Below are positions 1-10,065 of a stretch of DNA of 64,000 nucleotides, in pieces. The position numbers and the translations under genes were made by a program. The stretch's first letter is position 1. The number at the start of each line of letters is the position of its first letter. A model generated the notes under the pieces. It was not told the origin of the DNA, ran no database searches, and saw nothing but the letters and a program-made list of their open reading frames with translations. The stretch is from Trichormus sp. ATA11-4-KO1 (GTDB lineage Bacteria; Cyanobacteriota; Cyanobacteriia; Cyanobacteriales; Nostocaceae): assembly GCA_019358915.1 (NCBI GenBank), contig JAHHIM010000036.1, positions 256,001 to 320,000 on the forward strand, in the 5' to 3' direction.

Positions 1-365
1 GATAAAATCAAAGTCAAACCTAAAAACACCTAAACCACACCTGATTAGTTTGATTAGCACGTCAGTTGTTGAACTAGCAGGTCAAATATATTTCCACCAG
101 CAGATTTACTCGATACCAGAGAAAAAATCTTTACATTAAAAATGATGTAGAATACTGAACTCATAAAAAATTTAAACTAATTTTGCAGTTTATTTATCTG
201 AGTTTGCTTCATTTATCAGTAGCTATTTAAAAGTTAAATATATATAGGTTTTTAATTATTTTTAATATTTTGTTAACAGGAAATTCACAAATAACTGTAG
301 GTGTTTCTGATGTTTAGTTTATTTATGGCTCTAGTGCTGACTTATGAAAAGGAGAGAGTAAAGTC

Positions 366-2345
366 ATGAATTCTAGTGAACATACGTTAGTTTTCTCCAA
401 TTCTCAATGGAAACTACAGCCAGAAATAGATTTAAAGTTTGCTCATTTTCTGATAAATCAAGCTGTAGATGCTGCTTTTTGTTTAGGAGATAATGAGCAA
501 TTTCTTTATGTCAACGATGCTACTTGCCAGATGACTGAGTATTCCCATGAGGAATTACTTTCTCTGAGGCTGCATGATATAGATATAGACTTTTCTCTAC
601 ATAATTGGTCAGATATCAAATCACAAGATTTCTCTACCTTTAAATCCCGCTATCGCGCCAAGGGAGGGCGCATATTTCTAGTAGAAATATCCATTATCTA
701 TGTAGAAAATAAAGGTAAAAATTTGGGCTGTGCTGTTGTTCGGGACAGAAGTAATGAAATAATAGAGTTGAGTGTACAAACATGGATGGATGAATTAAGA
801 AATGCCAAAAACTATCTTCAACAAGAAGCTTCGCAACTAAGTACAAAAGAAGCAGAACTAGGAATATCCCTGTCCATATTTCATTCCACCCTCGAGTCTA
901 CTGCTGTTGGTATTGTTGCAGTTAACTTTGAGGGAGATATTCTGAGTTTAAATCAGAAATTTATCGATATGTGGCAGATTCCACAATCCCTAATATTATC
1001 CAAGAAATGTCCTCAATGTAAAGCCTTTTTTGAAAATCAACTTAAAGATCCAGAAGCTTTTTCTCGGCTTGTTTGGGAAGTTTCTAGCCAGTCTGATTTT
1101 GAAAGCTACTATATTTTGGAGTTGAAGGATGGAAGGACGTTTGCACACTACTCTAAACCTCACTACCTGGGGGATAAAATTGTTGGTAGAGTGTGGAGTA
1201 TTTGGGACATTACTGAATCTAAACAAACAGAGGAAGCACTCAGGCTGAATGAAGCTAGATTCCGGACTTTAGCAGAAACAACAGAAGCGAACATTTTCCT
1301 GCTTCAAGGCACGCGACTTTGCTACATAAATCCGGCGGTGGAAAAACTTACTGGCTACAAAAAAGAAGAATTGCTCAACGACTTTGATATTCGCCAACTT
1401 GTTAAGAGTAAAGAACGTAGGCAGGTACGCAACCAAAATGCAGTAGCGAACTTTGAATATCAGGAAATGAATCTGCTCATAAAAGATGGCACAGAACGCT
1501 GGCTAGCTTGCGCGGTTGCCAAGCTTGATGGCACGCTGGATTTTGGGGGAAAACCAGTTGAATTGATTACAGGTATAGATATTACTGATTATAAAAATGT
1601 AGAATCAGACCTTAACCAGGCTTTAGAACAAGCAAAACAACTCAGTGAACTGAGAGCGCGATTTCTTTCTATGGTCTGTCATCAATTTCGTACTCCACTG
1701 AATATTGTTTCATTCTCCCATAGCTTACTTAAAGAACAAGTAGACAAACATACAGAAAAGAAAATTCAACCATTACTCGATCATATTGAAAAAGCCATTG
1801 AACAAATCAGCCAGATGTTGGATGATACTTTGTTCTTTGCTAAAGCCGAAACAGCAAAACTCAGCGTTGAGCCTCAACTGCTTGATTTAGTTCAGTTCTG
1901 CCATAATTTAGTGGCACAAATGCACATAAGCATGAGCCAAAGACCAATCAGTTTTGTCAGTCAATTTGACTTTTTATCAGCCTGTGTTGATCCAAAATTA
2001 CTAGAGCCTATTTTGAAAAATTTACTTGATAATGCAATTAAATATTCTCCCTCCCACATGGTCATTGATTTCATACTTGCTTGCGAGAATGGAAAGTTAA
2101 TTTTTCAGGTCAAAGACCAGGGGATTGGCATTCCACCAGGAGATCAACAAAGATTATTTGAACCATTTTATCGGGGGAGCAATGTTGAGAATATACCTGG
2201 TACTGGACTAGGATTATCAATTATTAAAACCCTTGTAGACTTGCATGGCGGTCAAGTTGCTGTGGAGAGTGAGGTAGGTGTAGGCACTATGTTTACTGTA
2301 ATGTTGCCATTAATTAAAGAAGAATCTGTCCTTTTCCAGTTATAG
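366..2345 (+). CDS. Multi-PAS sensor histidine kinase
   Basis: Three PAS-like segments (ending VVRDRS, WDITESK, IDITDYK), H-box SMVCHQFRTPL, N-box NLLDNAIKYS, G-boxes DQGIGI and GTGLGL; no TM segment. Confidence 0.92.
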   Translation: MNSSEHTLVFSNSQWKLQPEIDLKFAHFLINQAVDAAFCLGDNEQFLYVNDATCQMTEYSHEELLSLRLHDIDIDFSLHNWSDIKSQDFSTFKSRYRAKGGRIFLVEISIIYVENKGKNLGCAVVRDRSNEIIELSVQTWMDELRNAKNYLQQEASQLSTKEAELGISLSIFHSTLESTAVGIVAVNFEGDILSLNQKFIDMWQIPQSLILSKKCPQCKAFFENQLKDPEAFSRLVWEVSSQSDFESYYILELKDGRTFAHYSKPHYLGDKIVGRVWSIWDITESKQTEEALRLNEARFRTLAETTEANIFLLQGTRLCYINPAVEKLTGYKKEELLNDFDIRQLVKSKERRQVRNQNAVANFEYQEMNLLIKDGTERWLACAVAKLDGTLDFGGKPVELITGIDITDYKNVESDLNQALEQAKQLSELRARFLSMVCHQFRTPLNIVSFSHSLLKEQVDKHTEKKIQPLLDHIEKAIEQISQMLDDTLFFAKAETAKLSVEPQLLDLVQFCHNLVAQMHISMSQRPISFVSQFDFLSACVDPKLLEPILKNLLDNAIKYSPSHMVIDFILACENGKLIFQVKDQGIGIPPGDQQRLFEPFYRGSNVENIPGTGLGLSIIKTLVDLHGGQVAVESEVGVGTMFTVMLPLIKEESVLFQL

Positions 2346-2434
2346 ATGTTGAAATCAAAATATTAACAGTTATAACTCTGGGAAAGAAACAATTAATCTC
2401 ATCCGTTTCCTGCCACAATTTAGGGTGCTAGAAA

Positions 2435-3268
2435 ATGAAGTACGAATCACCGAAAAAAATTTTGGTAATTGAAGATGATACTGTTACCCGCAATCTTTAT
2501 GTAAAGGGTCTTCAAACTAAAGGTTTTGATACTATAAGTGCTGAAAATGGTATTACTGGTATTCAACAAGTACAAGAGCATGTACCTGATCTAGTAGTTT
2601 GCGATATTACAATGCCTGATATAGATGGTTATAGTGTTCTAACGATGCTACGCCAAGATCCTGTGACAGCAATTATTCCCTTTATTTTTATCACTGGCAG
2701 CTGCACTAGAGGAGCTGTTCGCAAAGGCATGGAATTAGGTGCAGATGACTATGTTACTAAACCCTCTACATTAGACGAACTGCTGAGAGCAATCACTACC
2801 CAGTTGCAAAGACAAGCTATACTCCAACGCTGGTGTGCCACTAAATTTCAAGAAGCTCAAAAATCAGCATCTGCAGATAAGACTTCAGCTTTGAACCATC
2901 CTCAATCAATCTTTCCGCCTATTCCTCAATTAAAAAAAGTTTTTGACTTTATTGAAGCCCATTATCACCAAGGAATCACTCTGTGTGATGTAGCCGAGGC
3001 AGTTGGTTACTCACCTGCTTACTTAACTAACCAAGTAGGTAGGCAGACAGGAGAGACGGTAAATAGCTGGATTGTTAAACGCCGCATGGAGGGAGCTCGT
3101 TTCTTGCTGCAAAATAATAACCAAACCGTCGAGCAAATTGCCAAAGAATTGGGTTATCAAGATGTGTCTCATTTCTCTCGTCAGTTCCGTCAACATCACG
3201 GTTTACCTCCCCATGCTTGGCGCAAGGAACATCAGGTTGGGCATTGCCGAATGGGAGTACGTGCTTGA
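2435..3268 (+). CDS. Response regulator with REC and AraC-type HTH output domains
   Basis: IEDD...CDITMP...KP receiver motifs; C-terminal AraC signature (IAKELGYQDVSHFSRQFRQHHGLPP); directly downstream of the kinase. Confidence 0.92.
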   Translation: MKYESPKKILVIEDDTVTRNLYVKGLQTKGFDTISAENGITGIQQVQEHVPDLVVCDITMPDIDGYSVLTMLRQDPVTAIIPFIFITGSCTRGAVRKGMELGADDYVTKPSTLDELLRAITTQLQRQAILQRWCATKFQEAQKSASADKTSALNHPQSIFPPIPQLKKVFDFIEAHYHQGITLCDVAEAVGYSPAYLTNQVGRQTGETVNSWIVKRRMEGARFLLQNNNQTVEQIAKELGYQDVSHFSRQFRQHHGLPPHAWRKEHQVGHCRMGVRA

Positions 3269-3492
3269 GGATGAAGGAAGTAGCCGCTATATAGATGACT
3301 TGATGCGTAGCGTCTTTCCGTAGGCAAGGTAGCCTGCGCTGGTTTAAAACCCTGATTTTTACCATACTCAGTGCTGAGTAAGAAGAAGGAAGCACTTTCA
3401 ACTCAGCACTCTTCATCCAGTGGGTATCTTGAATAGGCGATCGCTTGTACTGGCGTTGCTGAATCACGATATGAATTGTGCGATAGCTGGCG

Positions 3493-4965
3493 CTAACAAC
3501 GCCGCAACTGCGTTAACAAAACCACAATTTCATCCATTGCTTGGCGCACAACTCTAGCTGGCTGTTCAGAGTGATTGACAATTAGACTGAAAGCCAAAGG
3601 CTCATAATTAGGGGCATTGACGTATCCTGAAAGAGAAACAGCACCCGTCATCGTGCCTGTTTTCGCTTGGACAATTCCTACAGCTGACGTATCACGCAAG
3701 CGATTCCTTAAAGTGCCACTAACACCCGCAACAGGTAGGGAAGCCCGAAAAACTTCTGCTTGTGGTGATTTGGCCATCGCCTGTAAAGTTTCTACCAAAG
3801 CTTCTGGACTAATTAAATTTTTACGAGATAACCCAGAACCATCTACTAATATGTAGCTTTTTGGGTCAACTCCCAATAGAGTTAAAGTATCCTTAACAAC
3901 TTCCAACCCTGCATCAGCTGTTGTTTGATTATTTTCGACTGGTTGTTTGATAGCTAAAGCCCTGAGTAAAGCCTCCGCATACAAATTATTACTATTTAAA
4001 TTTGTCTCCACTAACAACTCAGATAACGGCGGTGATTCTACTGCTGCTAGTTCTCGTTCGTTTTTACCACCTGTACCGTTAGACATTTGTCTCACAGAAA
4101 TACCCGCAGCTACTAAACTCTGACGGAAGTGACGCAAAAAATTTTGCATCGGATCAAAAACAGCTATGGCTGTGATGTCAGGTTGGGAATTTACAGCCAA
4201 TTGCCCTTGAATTCGCAATACTGGCCCTTTTAAGTCACGGCTGACTGAAACTAACCCTGGTTGATCTTTTTGAGTAGTTACAGAAGTATTTTCCACTCGC
4301 CACTGATAAGCTTCAACGGGTTCAGCCCATTTTAATTGCAATGGTTTTCCTATGGTTTGGGGCACAACTGTCAACACAGAAGCATTTTCATTGACAATTA
4401 AGCTATTGACTGGTGCACCATAATAAGCTGCTAAGTCTTCCCATTCCCAACTGGGATGAACAATTTCTCCTTGAAAATAACTATCGTCAGCAATCAATTG
4501 GTTAACTTGACTAATACCCTGTTCACGTAACTGCTTGGCTAATATTTGCAGTTGAGGAACCTTTAAGCTGGGATCTCCTCTGCCAACTACACGCAAAACA
4601 CCATCGCCATCTTGATAAACAGAAGTACGAATGCGAAAATTTGCCCCCAACTGCTGTAATGCTGCGGCTGTTGTCAACAATTTGGTGTTAGAAGCTGGAG
4701 TAAAGTATTTTTCGGCATCATGATTGTAAAGAGTTTGGGCAGAAGCCAAATTTCTTACTAAAATTCCCCAACGTACCCGACTAAATTGAGGATGGTTTGT
4801 CACAGCATCCACTGCTGACTTGAGTTGAGCTGGGCAAATTGTTTTTGTGGTGGTTGTTGACGTGACTGGTGTTTGTATTTGTGCTTTAACTGTTTGCTGG
4901 GTGACAACGATTTGAGTACTAAGAAACAGCAACAGCAAGCTAACAGTAATTTTTTTAGACATCAC
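3493..4965 (-). CDS. dacB: D-alanyl-D-alanine carboxypeptidase/endopeptidase (PBP4, peptidase S13)
   Basis: Signal peptide; SxxK (PASNTK), SxN (SNN), DGSGLSR and KTG motifs. Confidence 0.93.
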   Translation of the reverse strand: MMSKKITVSLLLLFLSTQIVVTQQTVKAQIQTPVTSTTTTKTICPAQLKSAVDAVTNHPQFSRVRWGILVRNLASAQTLYNHDAEKYFTPASNTKLLTTAAALQQLGANFRIRTSVYQDGDGVLRVVGRGDPSLKVPQLQILAKQLREQGISQVNQLIADDSYFQGEIVHPSWEWEDLAAYYGAPVNSLIVNENASVLTVVPQTIGKPLQLKWAEPVEAYQWRVENTSVTTQKDQPGLVSVSRDLKGPVLRIQGQLAVNSQPDITAIAVFDPMQNFLRHFRQSLVAAGISVRQMSNGTGGKNERELAAVESPPLSELLVETNLNSNNLYAEALLRALAIKQPVENNQTTADAGLEVVKDTLTLLGVDPKSYILVDGSGLSRKNLISPEALVETLQAMAKSPQAEVFRASLPVAGVSGTLRNRLRDTSAVGIVQAKTGTMTGAVSLSGYVNAPNYEPLAFSLIVNHSEQPARVVRQAMDEIVVLLTQLRRC

Positions 4966-4975
4966 TCAATTTAAT

Positions 4976-5128
4976 TCGTAATAGAGCCTCCGGCACGCTA
5001 CGCGAACGTAATTCGTAGTTCGTAATTTTTAATTAGCCAGATGAGTAAAGGGCTGGGGACTAGAGATTAGTATTTTACTCAGCACTCCCCTTCGACTTCG
5101 CTCAGGGCTAGCGCACTCAGCACTTTTT
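4976..5128. repeat. STRR heptamer tracts carrying two small dispersed repeat insertions
   Basis: TTCGTAA tract interrupted by GCCTCCGGCACGCTACGCGAA (4986-5006); ACTCAGC tract interrupted by CCCTTCGACTTCGCTCAGGGCTAG (5088-5111). Confidence 0.75.
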
Positions 5129-5155
5129 AAAGACAGTATAATTTTTTCCTAAGAC

Positions 5156-5184
5156 AAAAACGCAGAGGATTTGTTCCTCTGCGT
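5156..5184 (-). terminator. Rho-independent terminator of ilvB
   Basis: 10-bp stem ACGCAGAGGA/TCCTCTGCGT followed by a T tract on the minus strand, about 55 nt after the ilvB stop. Confidence 0.75.
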
Positions 5185-5238
5185 ACAAGTGCAGTTGGGG
5201 TTAGTTCACCTCCAACATACCTTGAAGTTCATCAAGAT

Positions 5239-7140
5239 TTACAACTTAGTGCCACACTCAGAGCAAAAGTTGTGTGTGGGAGGATTTGTCGCACCGCAAT
5301 GGCTACAAGCAACTGGTTCTACTGCGGCTTTTGGTGGCTGCTTCGGCAAACCAATCATCTGAGCGTTGCTTTTACCTGGGGCTACCATTGGGTAGCAGTT
5401 TTCGTCTCTGGTGACTCGGACATCAACGACGACTGGGCCAGTATGTGCCAGCATTTCGGCGATCGCATCTTTTAATTGATCACGACTATCGATTACCATG
5501 CCCTTAATGCCATAAGCTTTTGCCAATAACTCTATATCTGGCATCCCTACTTCCATATTTGAGCAGGAGTAACGCTCCCCATAGAAGGCTTGTTGCCACT
5601 GGCGCACCATCCCCTGCCAGCCGTTGTTCATAATTACAGTCTTGACATTAATACCATATTGTGCAATCGTACCCAATTCTTGCAAGCACATCTGGAAACT
5701 GGCATCACCACTAATACAGATGACCTCTTCATCTGGAAAGGCCACCTTAGCACCCATAGCCGCAGGGACACCAAAACCCATTGTTCCCAAGCCAGCACTA
5801 GAAATCCAGCGTCTGGGGCCATTCTTCAAGAATTGTGCTGCCCACATTTGATGTTGACCCACGTCTGTAGTGTAAAAAGCGTGGGGTGCTTGGCTAGCAA
5901 TTTCCACAATCACCTCTTGGGGTGAGATGCTGTCAGGATGCTGCGGCACTTCCAAGGGATAATCTTGCCGCCAACGGTTAATTAAATTTAACCACTCTTG
6001 GTTTTTGTTGGGGATGTTCTTGATGCCTGTTTCTTGACAGCGACGCAACAAATCTAGTAACACATTTCGCACATCGCCAACTATAGGGACTTCGGGAACT
6101 CTATTTTTGCCAACTTCTGCCGGGTCGATATCGATGTGAATTACTTTGGCGTGGGAAGCAAATTCATCTAATTTGCCAGTTACGCGGTCATCGAATCTAG
6201 CACCAACACAGATTAGCAAATCACAATCAGTCACGGCAAAGTTAGCGTAAGCAGTACCGTGCATTCCCAGCATTCCCAATGCTAGGGGATGATGTTCATT
6301 AAAAGCACCGATACCCATCAACGTTGTAGTGACAGGAATATTGAATAACTCTGCCAGTTCTTGAATTTCCGCGTGTGCCCCTGCGGCGATCGCCCCACCA
6401 CCCACATACAATAATGGACGGCGACTGTGACGAATTAACTGGATTGCGGCATTAATTTGTCGTGGATTTCCCTTAACTGTGGGACGATACCCGCGCAATT
6501 TGACTGTTCCCGGTTCCACAGGTACATAATCACATTCTTCTAAAGCCACATCTTTGGGCACATCTATCAAAACTGGCCCTGGTCTTCCAGTGCTAGCGAT
6601 GTGAAAGGCTTCAGCGACAATCCGCGCCATGTCTTTGGGGTCGCGCACCACATAGGAGTGCTTGACTATAGGTAGGGTAATCCCGTAAATATCGGTTTCT
6701 TGAAAGGCATCCGTACCAATAGACGCCCGTGGTACTTGTCCTGTGACCACAATCATAGGAATCGAGTCCATATATGCTGTGGCAATGCCTGTGACTAAAT
6801 TAGTTGCCCCAGGCCCTGAAGTACCAAAACATACTCCTACTTTGCCAGTAGCGCGGGCGTAGCCATCGGCGGCGTGGGCTGCACCTTGTTCGTGCCGTAC
6901 TAGGATGTGCTTAATTGCGCCAGTTGCTTCCACTTTGTACAGGTCATCATAAATCGGTAGGATTGCCCCACCGGGATAACCAAAAATGTACTCAACTTCA
7001 TGACGTAGGAGGCTGTCAAGCAAGGCAAAACCACCAGTTGCCCGCTTGGGCGTGACGACTGGTGCTTTAGTAACAGCAGGATTCTGATTCTCAGTTTGTG
7101 GGATACTAGTAAAGGAAGGCAAGCGCACGGTCACGGTCAA
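5239..7140 (-). CDS. ilvB: Acetolactate synthase large subunit with C-terminal zinc ribbon
   Basis: [29 protein letters not shown] and ThDP motif GDASF...NN; ends CSHCG...CSECG. Confidence 0.96.
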   Translation of the reverse strand: MTVTVRLPSFTSIPQTENQNPAVTKAPVVTPKRATGGFALLDSLLRHEVEYIFGYPGGAILPIYDDLYKVEATGAIKHILVRHEQGAAHAADGYARATGKVGVCFGTSGPGATNLVTGIATAYMDSIPMIVVTGQVPRASIGTDAFQETDIYGITLPIVKHSYVVRDPKDMARIVAEAFHIASTGRPGPVLIDVPKDVALEECDYVPVEPGTVKLRGYRPTVKGNPRQINAAIQLIRHSRRPLLYVGGGAIAAGAHAEIQELAELFNIPVTTTLMGIGAFNEHHPLALGMLGMHGTAYANFAVTDCDLLICVGARFDDRVTGKLDEFASHAKVIHIDIDPAEVGKNRVPEVPIVGDVRNVLLDLLRRCQETGIKNIPNKNQEWLNLINRWRQDYPLEVPQHPDSISPQEVIVEIASQAPHAFYTTDVGQHQMWAAQFLKNGPRRWISSAGLGTMGFGVPAAMGAKVAFPDEEVICISGDASFQMCLQELGTIAQYGINVKTVIMNNGWQGMVRQWQQAFYGERYSCSNMEVGMPDIELLAKAYGIKGMVIDSRDQLKDAIAEMLAHTGPVVVDVRVTRDENCYPMVAPGKSNAQMIGLPKQPPKAAVEPVACSHCGATNPPTHNFCSECGTKL

Positions 7141-7329
7141 ACCTCAGGCGATAGCTAAGTTAACACGTAAATTCTGTAGTTAATATTTCATTTTAATTGA
7201 AAAGTTAAATCAAATCCTGAGAGAAAAATATAAAGATGGACATAAACAAGGAATTGCTCTAATTTAGCAATCCGCTTTCCACTTCACTTAAGCAAGGATT
7301 TGATTAGAAGAATATTTCGGGAGGGTATG

Positions 7330-7563
7330 ATGCGCGAGTCAGTGATTTATCAAGAAATTCTCGAAGAAGGAGAACAGCGAGGGCGAGAAAAAGGAGAGCG
7401 CAATCTAGTTCTGCGTCTACTCACTCGCAAGGTGGGAGAGTTACCCCCAGGGATGCGTGAACAGATAGAAACTCTGCCGTTGGAGCAATTAGAAAATCTT
7501 AGTGAGGCTTTATTGGATTTTACCAGTTTGTTAGATTTGGAAACCTGGTTAGCCCACAAGTAG
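7330..7563 (+). CDS. Stand-alone Rpn-family C-terminal domain (DUF4351-like)
   Basis: MRESVIYQEILEEG...LVLRLLTRKVG...LEQLENLSEALLDF...WL is the typical tail of cyanobacterial Rpn/DUF4351 proteins; GGAGG at 7320-7324 precedes the ATG; no nuclease domain upstream. Confidence 0.7.
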   Translation: MRESVIYQEILEEGEQRGREKGERNLVLRLLTRKVGELPPGMREQIETLPLEQLENLSEALLDFTSLLDLETWLAHK

Positions 7564-7699
7564 TTTGTATTGTGAGAAACTCCGCAGGAGTCGCTAGGCG
7601 ATCGCAAAAATCGCACCTGCATTAACAGTATTCAATATATTCGCTAATCTGGCTTCACTTCTTTCGAGAAAAAACAATCCTTTTTTTACACCGTAGGTG

Positions 7700-8965
7700 C
7701 TAAATCACATCCTGTAGCACTCGGCGGGTGTTTTTCCACGCCCAAATTCCCACACCTGCCACGACAATACTCATTGCCACCAAAACTATTCGCAAGCCAA
7801 GAAAATCAGTTAATGGGCCAGTAATTGCCAATGGTGCTGATAGGGCAATATTGACGGCATGATTTTGAAAGCCAAATACTTTACCGTGCATATTGGGTGG
7901 TGTTTGCTGTTGAATTAAAGTTTGCATTGGTACGCCAATTAAAGCAGCACCTATACCCAAAAATGCACTTAGTCCTAGAGCTAGAACTAGATTATGGGTG
8001 AAAGTGAACACCCCTAAAACTAGAGCCATAATCAAAAATCCAATCAAAGGTAAGGGCTTGTGATGGAATTTATCACCCCAATGACCCAAAATGGCTGCAC
8101 CTAACACCATACCCACCCCAGCAGCTGCCAAGAAAAAACCAAATTGTTTTTCCTTCAAACCAAAATCGGCGGCTAATCTAATTGTTAGCACCATTAATGC
8201 CGCAAACACACAATATAAAGTAGTTAATTGCAGCATGGCATTTAAGACCAAACGATTTTTGGTCAGATAGCGCAAACCCTCTTTAAAGTCAGCCCAAGGA
8301 TGAATTCCGGTACGGCGATCGCTAGGAGATTTTTTTTCCCATCCAAAGTTAATGGGTACTATCACCAATCCCGAAAATAGATATAAGGTGGCAACTACCA
8401 TCTCTTGACCATAGTCAACCCCTAACCAGGTTTTCGCCAAACTCAATATTGGTTCTCCAATGGCAAAACCGACAATTAAAGCTCCCATCATGGTGCTGCT
8501 GTACAGCGCATTGGCTGCCATAAAATTCTCTTTTTTTACCAAAACGGGGATAGCAGCTTGCTCAGCTGGAGCAAAAAACTGTGCCAAGGTAGAAATACCA
8601 AAAGTCATTACCAATAAAATAAAAAACTCCCGTGGCGAAAACGCTATGAGCAGCATCAATAATGTCTGCAATAAGTTAGAGCCAACTAAGACGAACTTTT
8701 TAGAAAAGCGGTCTACAAAGATACCACCCGCAGAACCGAACAAAATCGCCGGTAACGTAAAGGCCAGCATCAAAGTGGAGTACATAGAGTTTTGGGCTAA
8801 ACCAGGAGGTGGTTGGTAGTTTTCCAGTAGGGCAATCATTAAGACGAAGAAGACTTTATCTCCCAACTGGGACAACAGCTGCCCAATCCACAGGAGCATA
8901 AAACCACGATTTTTGAGCAGTGCGCTAAACCCGTTATTGACAGCAGCTGGTTCAGTTGGAAACAT
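7700..8965 (-). CDS. MFS transporter
   Basis: About 12 hydrophobic helices, motif-A-like GIFVDRFSKK; start moved to ATG 8965 because the ORF-track extension is an STRR tract. Confidence 0.88.
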   Translation of the reverse strand: MFPTEPAAVNNGFSALLKNRGFMLLWIGQLLSQLGDKVFFVLMIALLENYQPPPGLAQNSMYSTLMLAFTLPAILFGSAGGIFVDRFSKKFVLVGSNLLQTLLMLLIAFSPREFFILLVMTFGISTLAQFFAPAEQAAIPVLVKKENFMAANALYSSTMMGALIVGFAIGEPILSLAKTWLGVDYGQEMVVATLYLFSGLVIVPINFGWEKKSPSDRRTGIHPWADFKEGLRYLTKNRLVLNAMLQLTTLYCVFAALMVLTIRLAADFGLKEKQFGFFLAAAGVGMVLGAAILGHWGDKFHHKPLPLIGFLIMALVLGVFTFTHNLVLALGLSAFLGIGAALIGVPMQTLIQQQTPPNMHGKVFGFQNHAVNIALSAPLAITGPLTDFLGLRIVLVAMSIVVAGVGIWAWKNTRRVLQDVI

Positions 8966-8972
8966 TAGATAC

Positions 8973-9027
8973 TTGGGGAATGGGGAATTGGGCATGGGGA
9001 ATTGGGCATGGGGAATTGGGAATTGGG
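8973..9027. repeat. STRR1-like heptamer tandem repeat
   Basis: TGGGGAA/TTGGGCA/TTGGGAA units in tandem. Confidence 0.8.
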
Positions 9028-9115
9028 AAGATGGGACAGTAGAAATAATTTTTCTTGTCCCCTTGTCCTCAACTCCCTACTCCCTACTACCTACTGATTC
9101 GTTCTGTTTTCCGGA

Positions 9116-9688
9116 CTAATTATCTTCATAGCGTTTTAGCAGCTGATGCAAAAATTCTGTTGCTGTCAGGCGCTCTGGCGGGGGAGAAACTTCAATAGAT
9201 GGATCTGCCCACCACCCTTGTACTATTTGGGGCGATCGCCACATGGATAAATGGTCAATTGGTGGTTCTGCATAAAAATTATTATGCCCACTACCTAGCA
9301 ACGAAGAACTCCAATGGGTGAAATAATCATGACTGATCCGATGTATGGGAAAGTTGCCACACAGTGGTACTCCCCAGCCATCTATAGCAATAAAGGCTTT
9401 GACATTACCTCCCAAGAGTTGCCAAGAATAAGCTGCACCTATTGCCCCAACCACACCAGCACTAAAGCTAATGAACACAACTGGCGATTTTAGCTCATGC
9501 TGTAAGCGATCGCCTAAAAACTGCAAAATGTGAAGTGATGATAAAGCTAATAAACTGTGGCCTGGAAAAACCAGCACTTTCACCTTATTTTGATATATTA
9601 AGCTATCAGATATGGGATACAACCATTCTGATATAAAGCTTTCAGTTAAGGCTGGCTCATGAATTCCAGGGCAAATGATTATACTCAT
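9116..9688 (-). CDS. Conserved hypothetical protein, alpha/beta-hydrolase-like
   Basis: Nucleophile-elbow-like ISFSAG, AIDGWG and a late His (IDHL). Confidence 0.6.
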   Translation of the reverse strand: MSIIICPGIHEPALTESFISEWLYPISDSLIYQNKVKVLVFPGHSLLALSSLHILQFLGDRLQHELKSPVVFISFSAGVVGAIGAAYSWQLLGGNVKAFIAIDGWGVPLCGNFPIHRISHDYFTHWSSSLLGSGHNNFYAEPPIDHLSMWRSPQIVQGWWADPSIEVSPPPERLTATEFLHQLLKRYEDN

Positions 9689-10065
9689 TCGTCTTTGGTG
9701 CTAAGAGTGGTCAAGTTGTTTATAAAAACTTCTGTATCCAATAAGACTGAGTTTTAAGTGATTTAGAGTAAACACTGTGCCAACAAAAATTTGCTCAATT
9801 ACCCAACCTTGCTTTTAGGATATATGAAAATTTCGCGCTGACACAAATCAGGTGTTGGATACAGAATACTAGAATAACTATTTTCTAATACTCAGTATTT
9901 AGTAATAACCCCAGTATGTCTTTTGATATATTGTTGTTAATTTTGTCCCTATCCTATCCAGGGGGATGGGATAATAATTTACGAGTCAGCGAAATAATCA
10001 AGCTATTCCTTAGCTCATTTTGTTCTGCACTCTGGTTTATATAGATTTATATTGAGGAACTCATT

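Noticed and set aside
8966..8995. N-terminal extension of the MFS transporter
   Set aside because: Derived from the heptamer tract; MFPTEP start preferred
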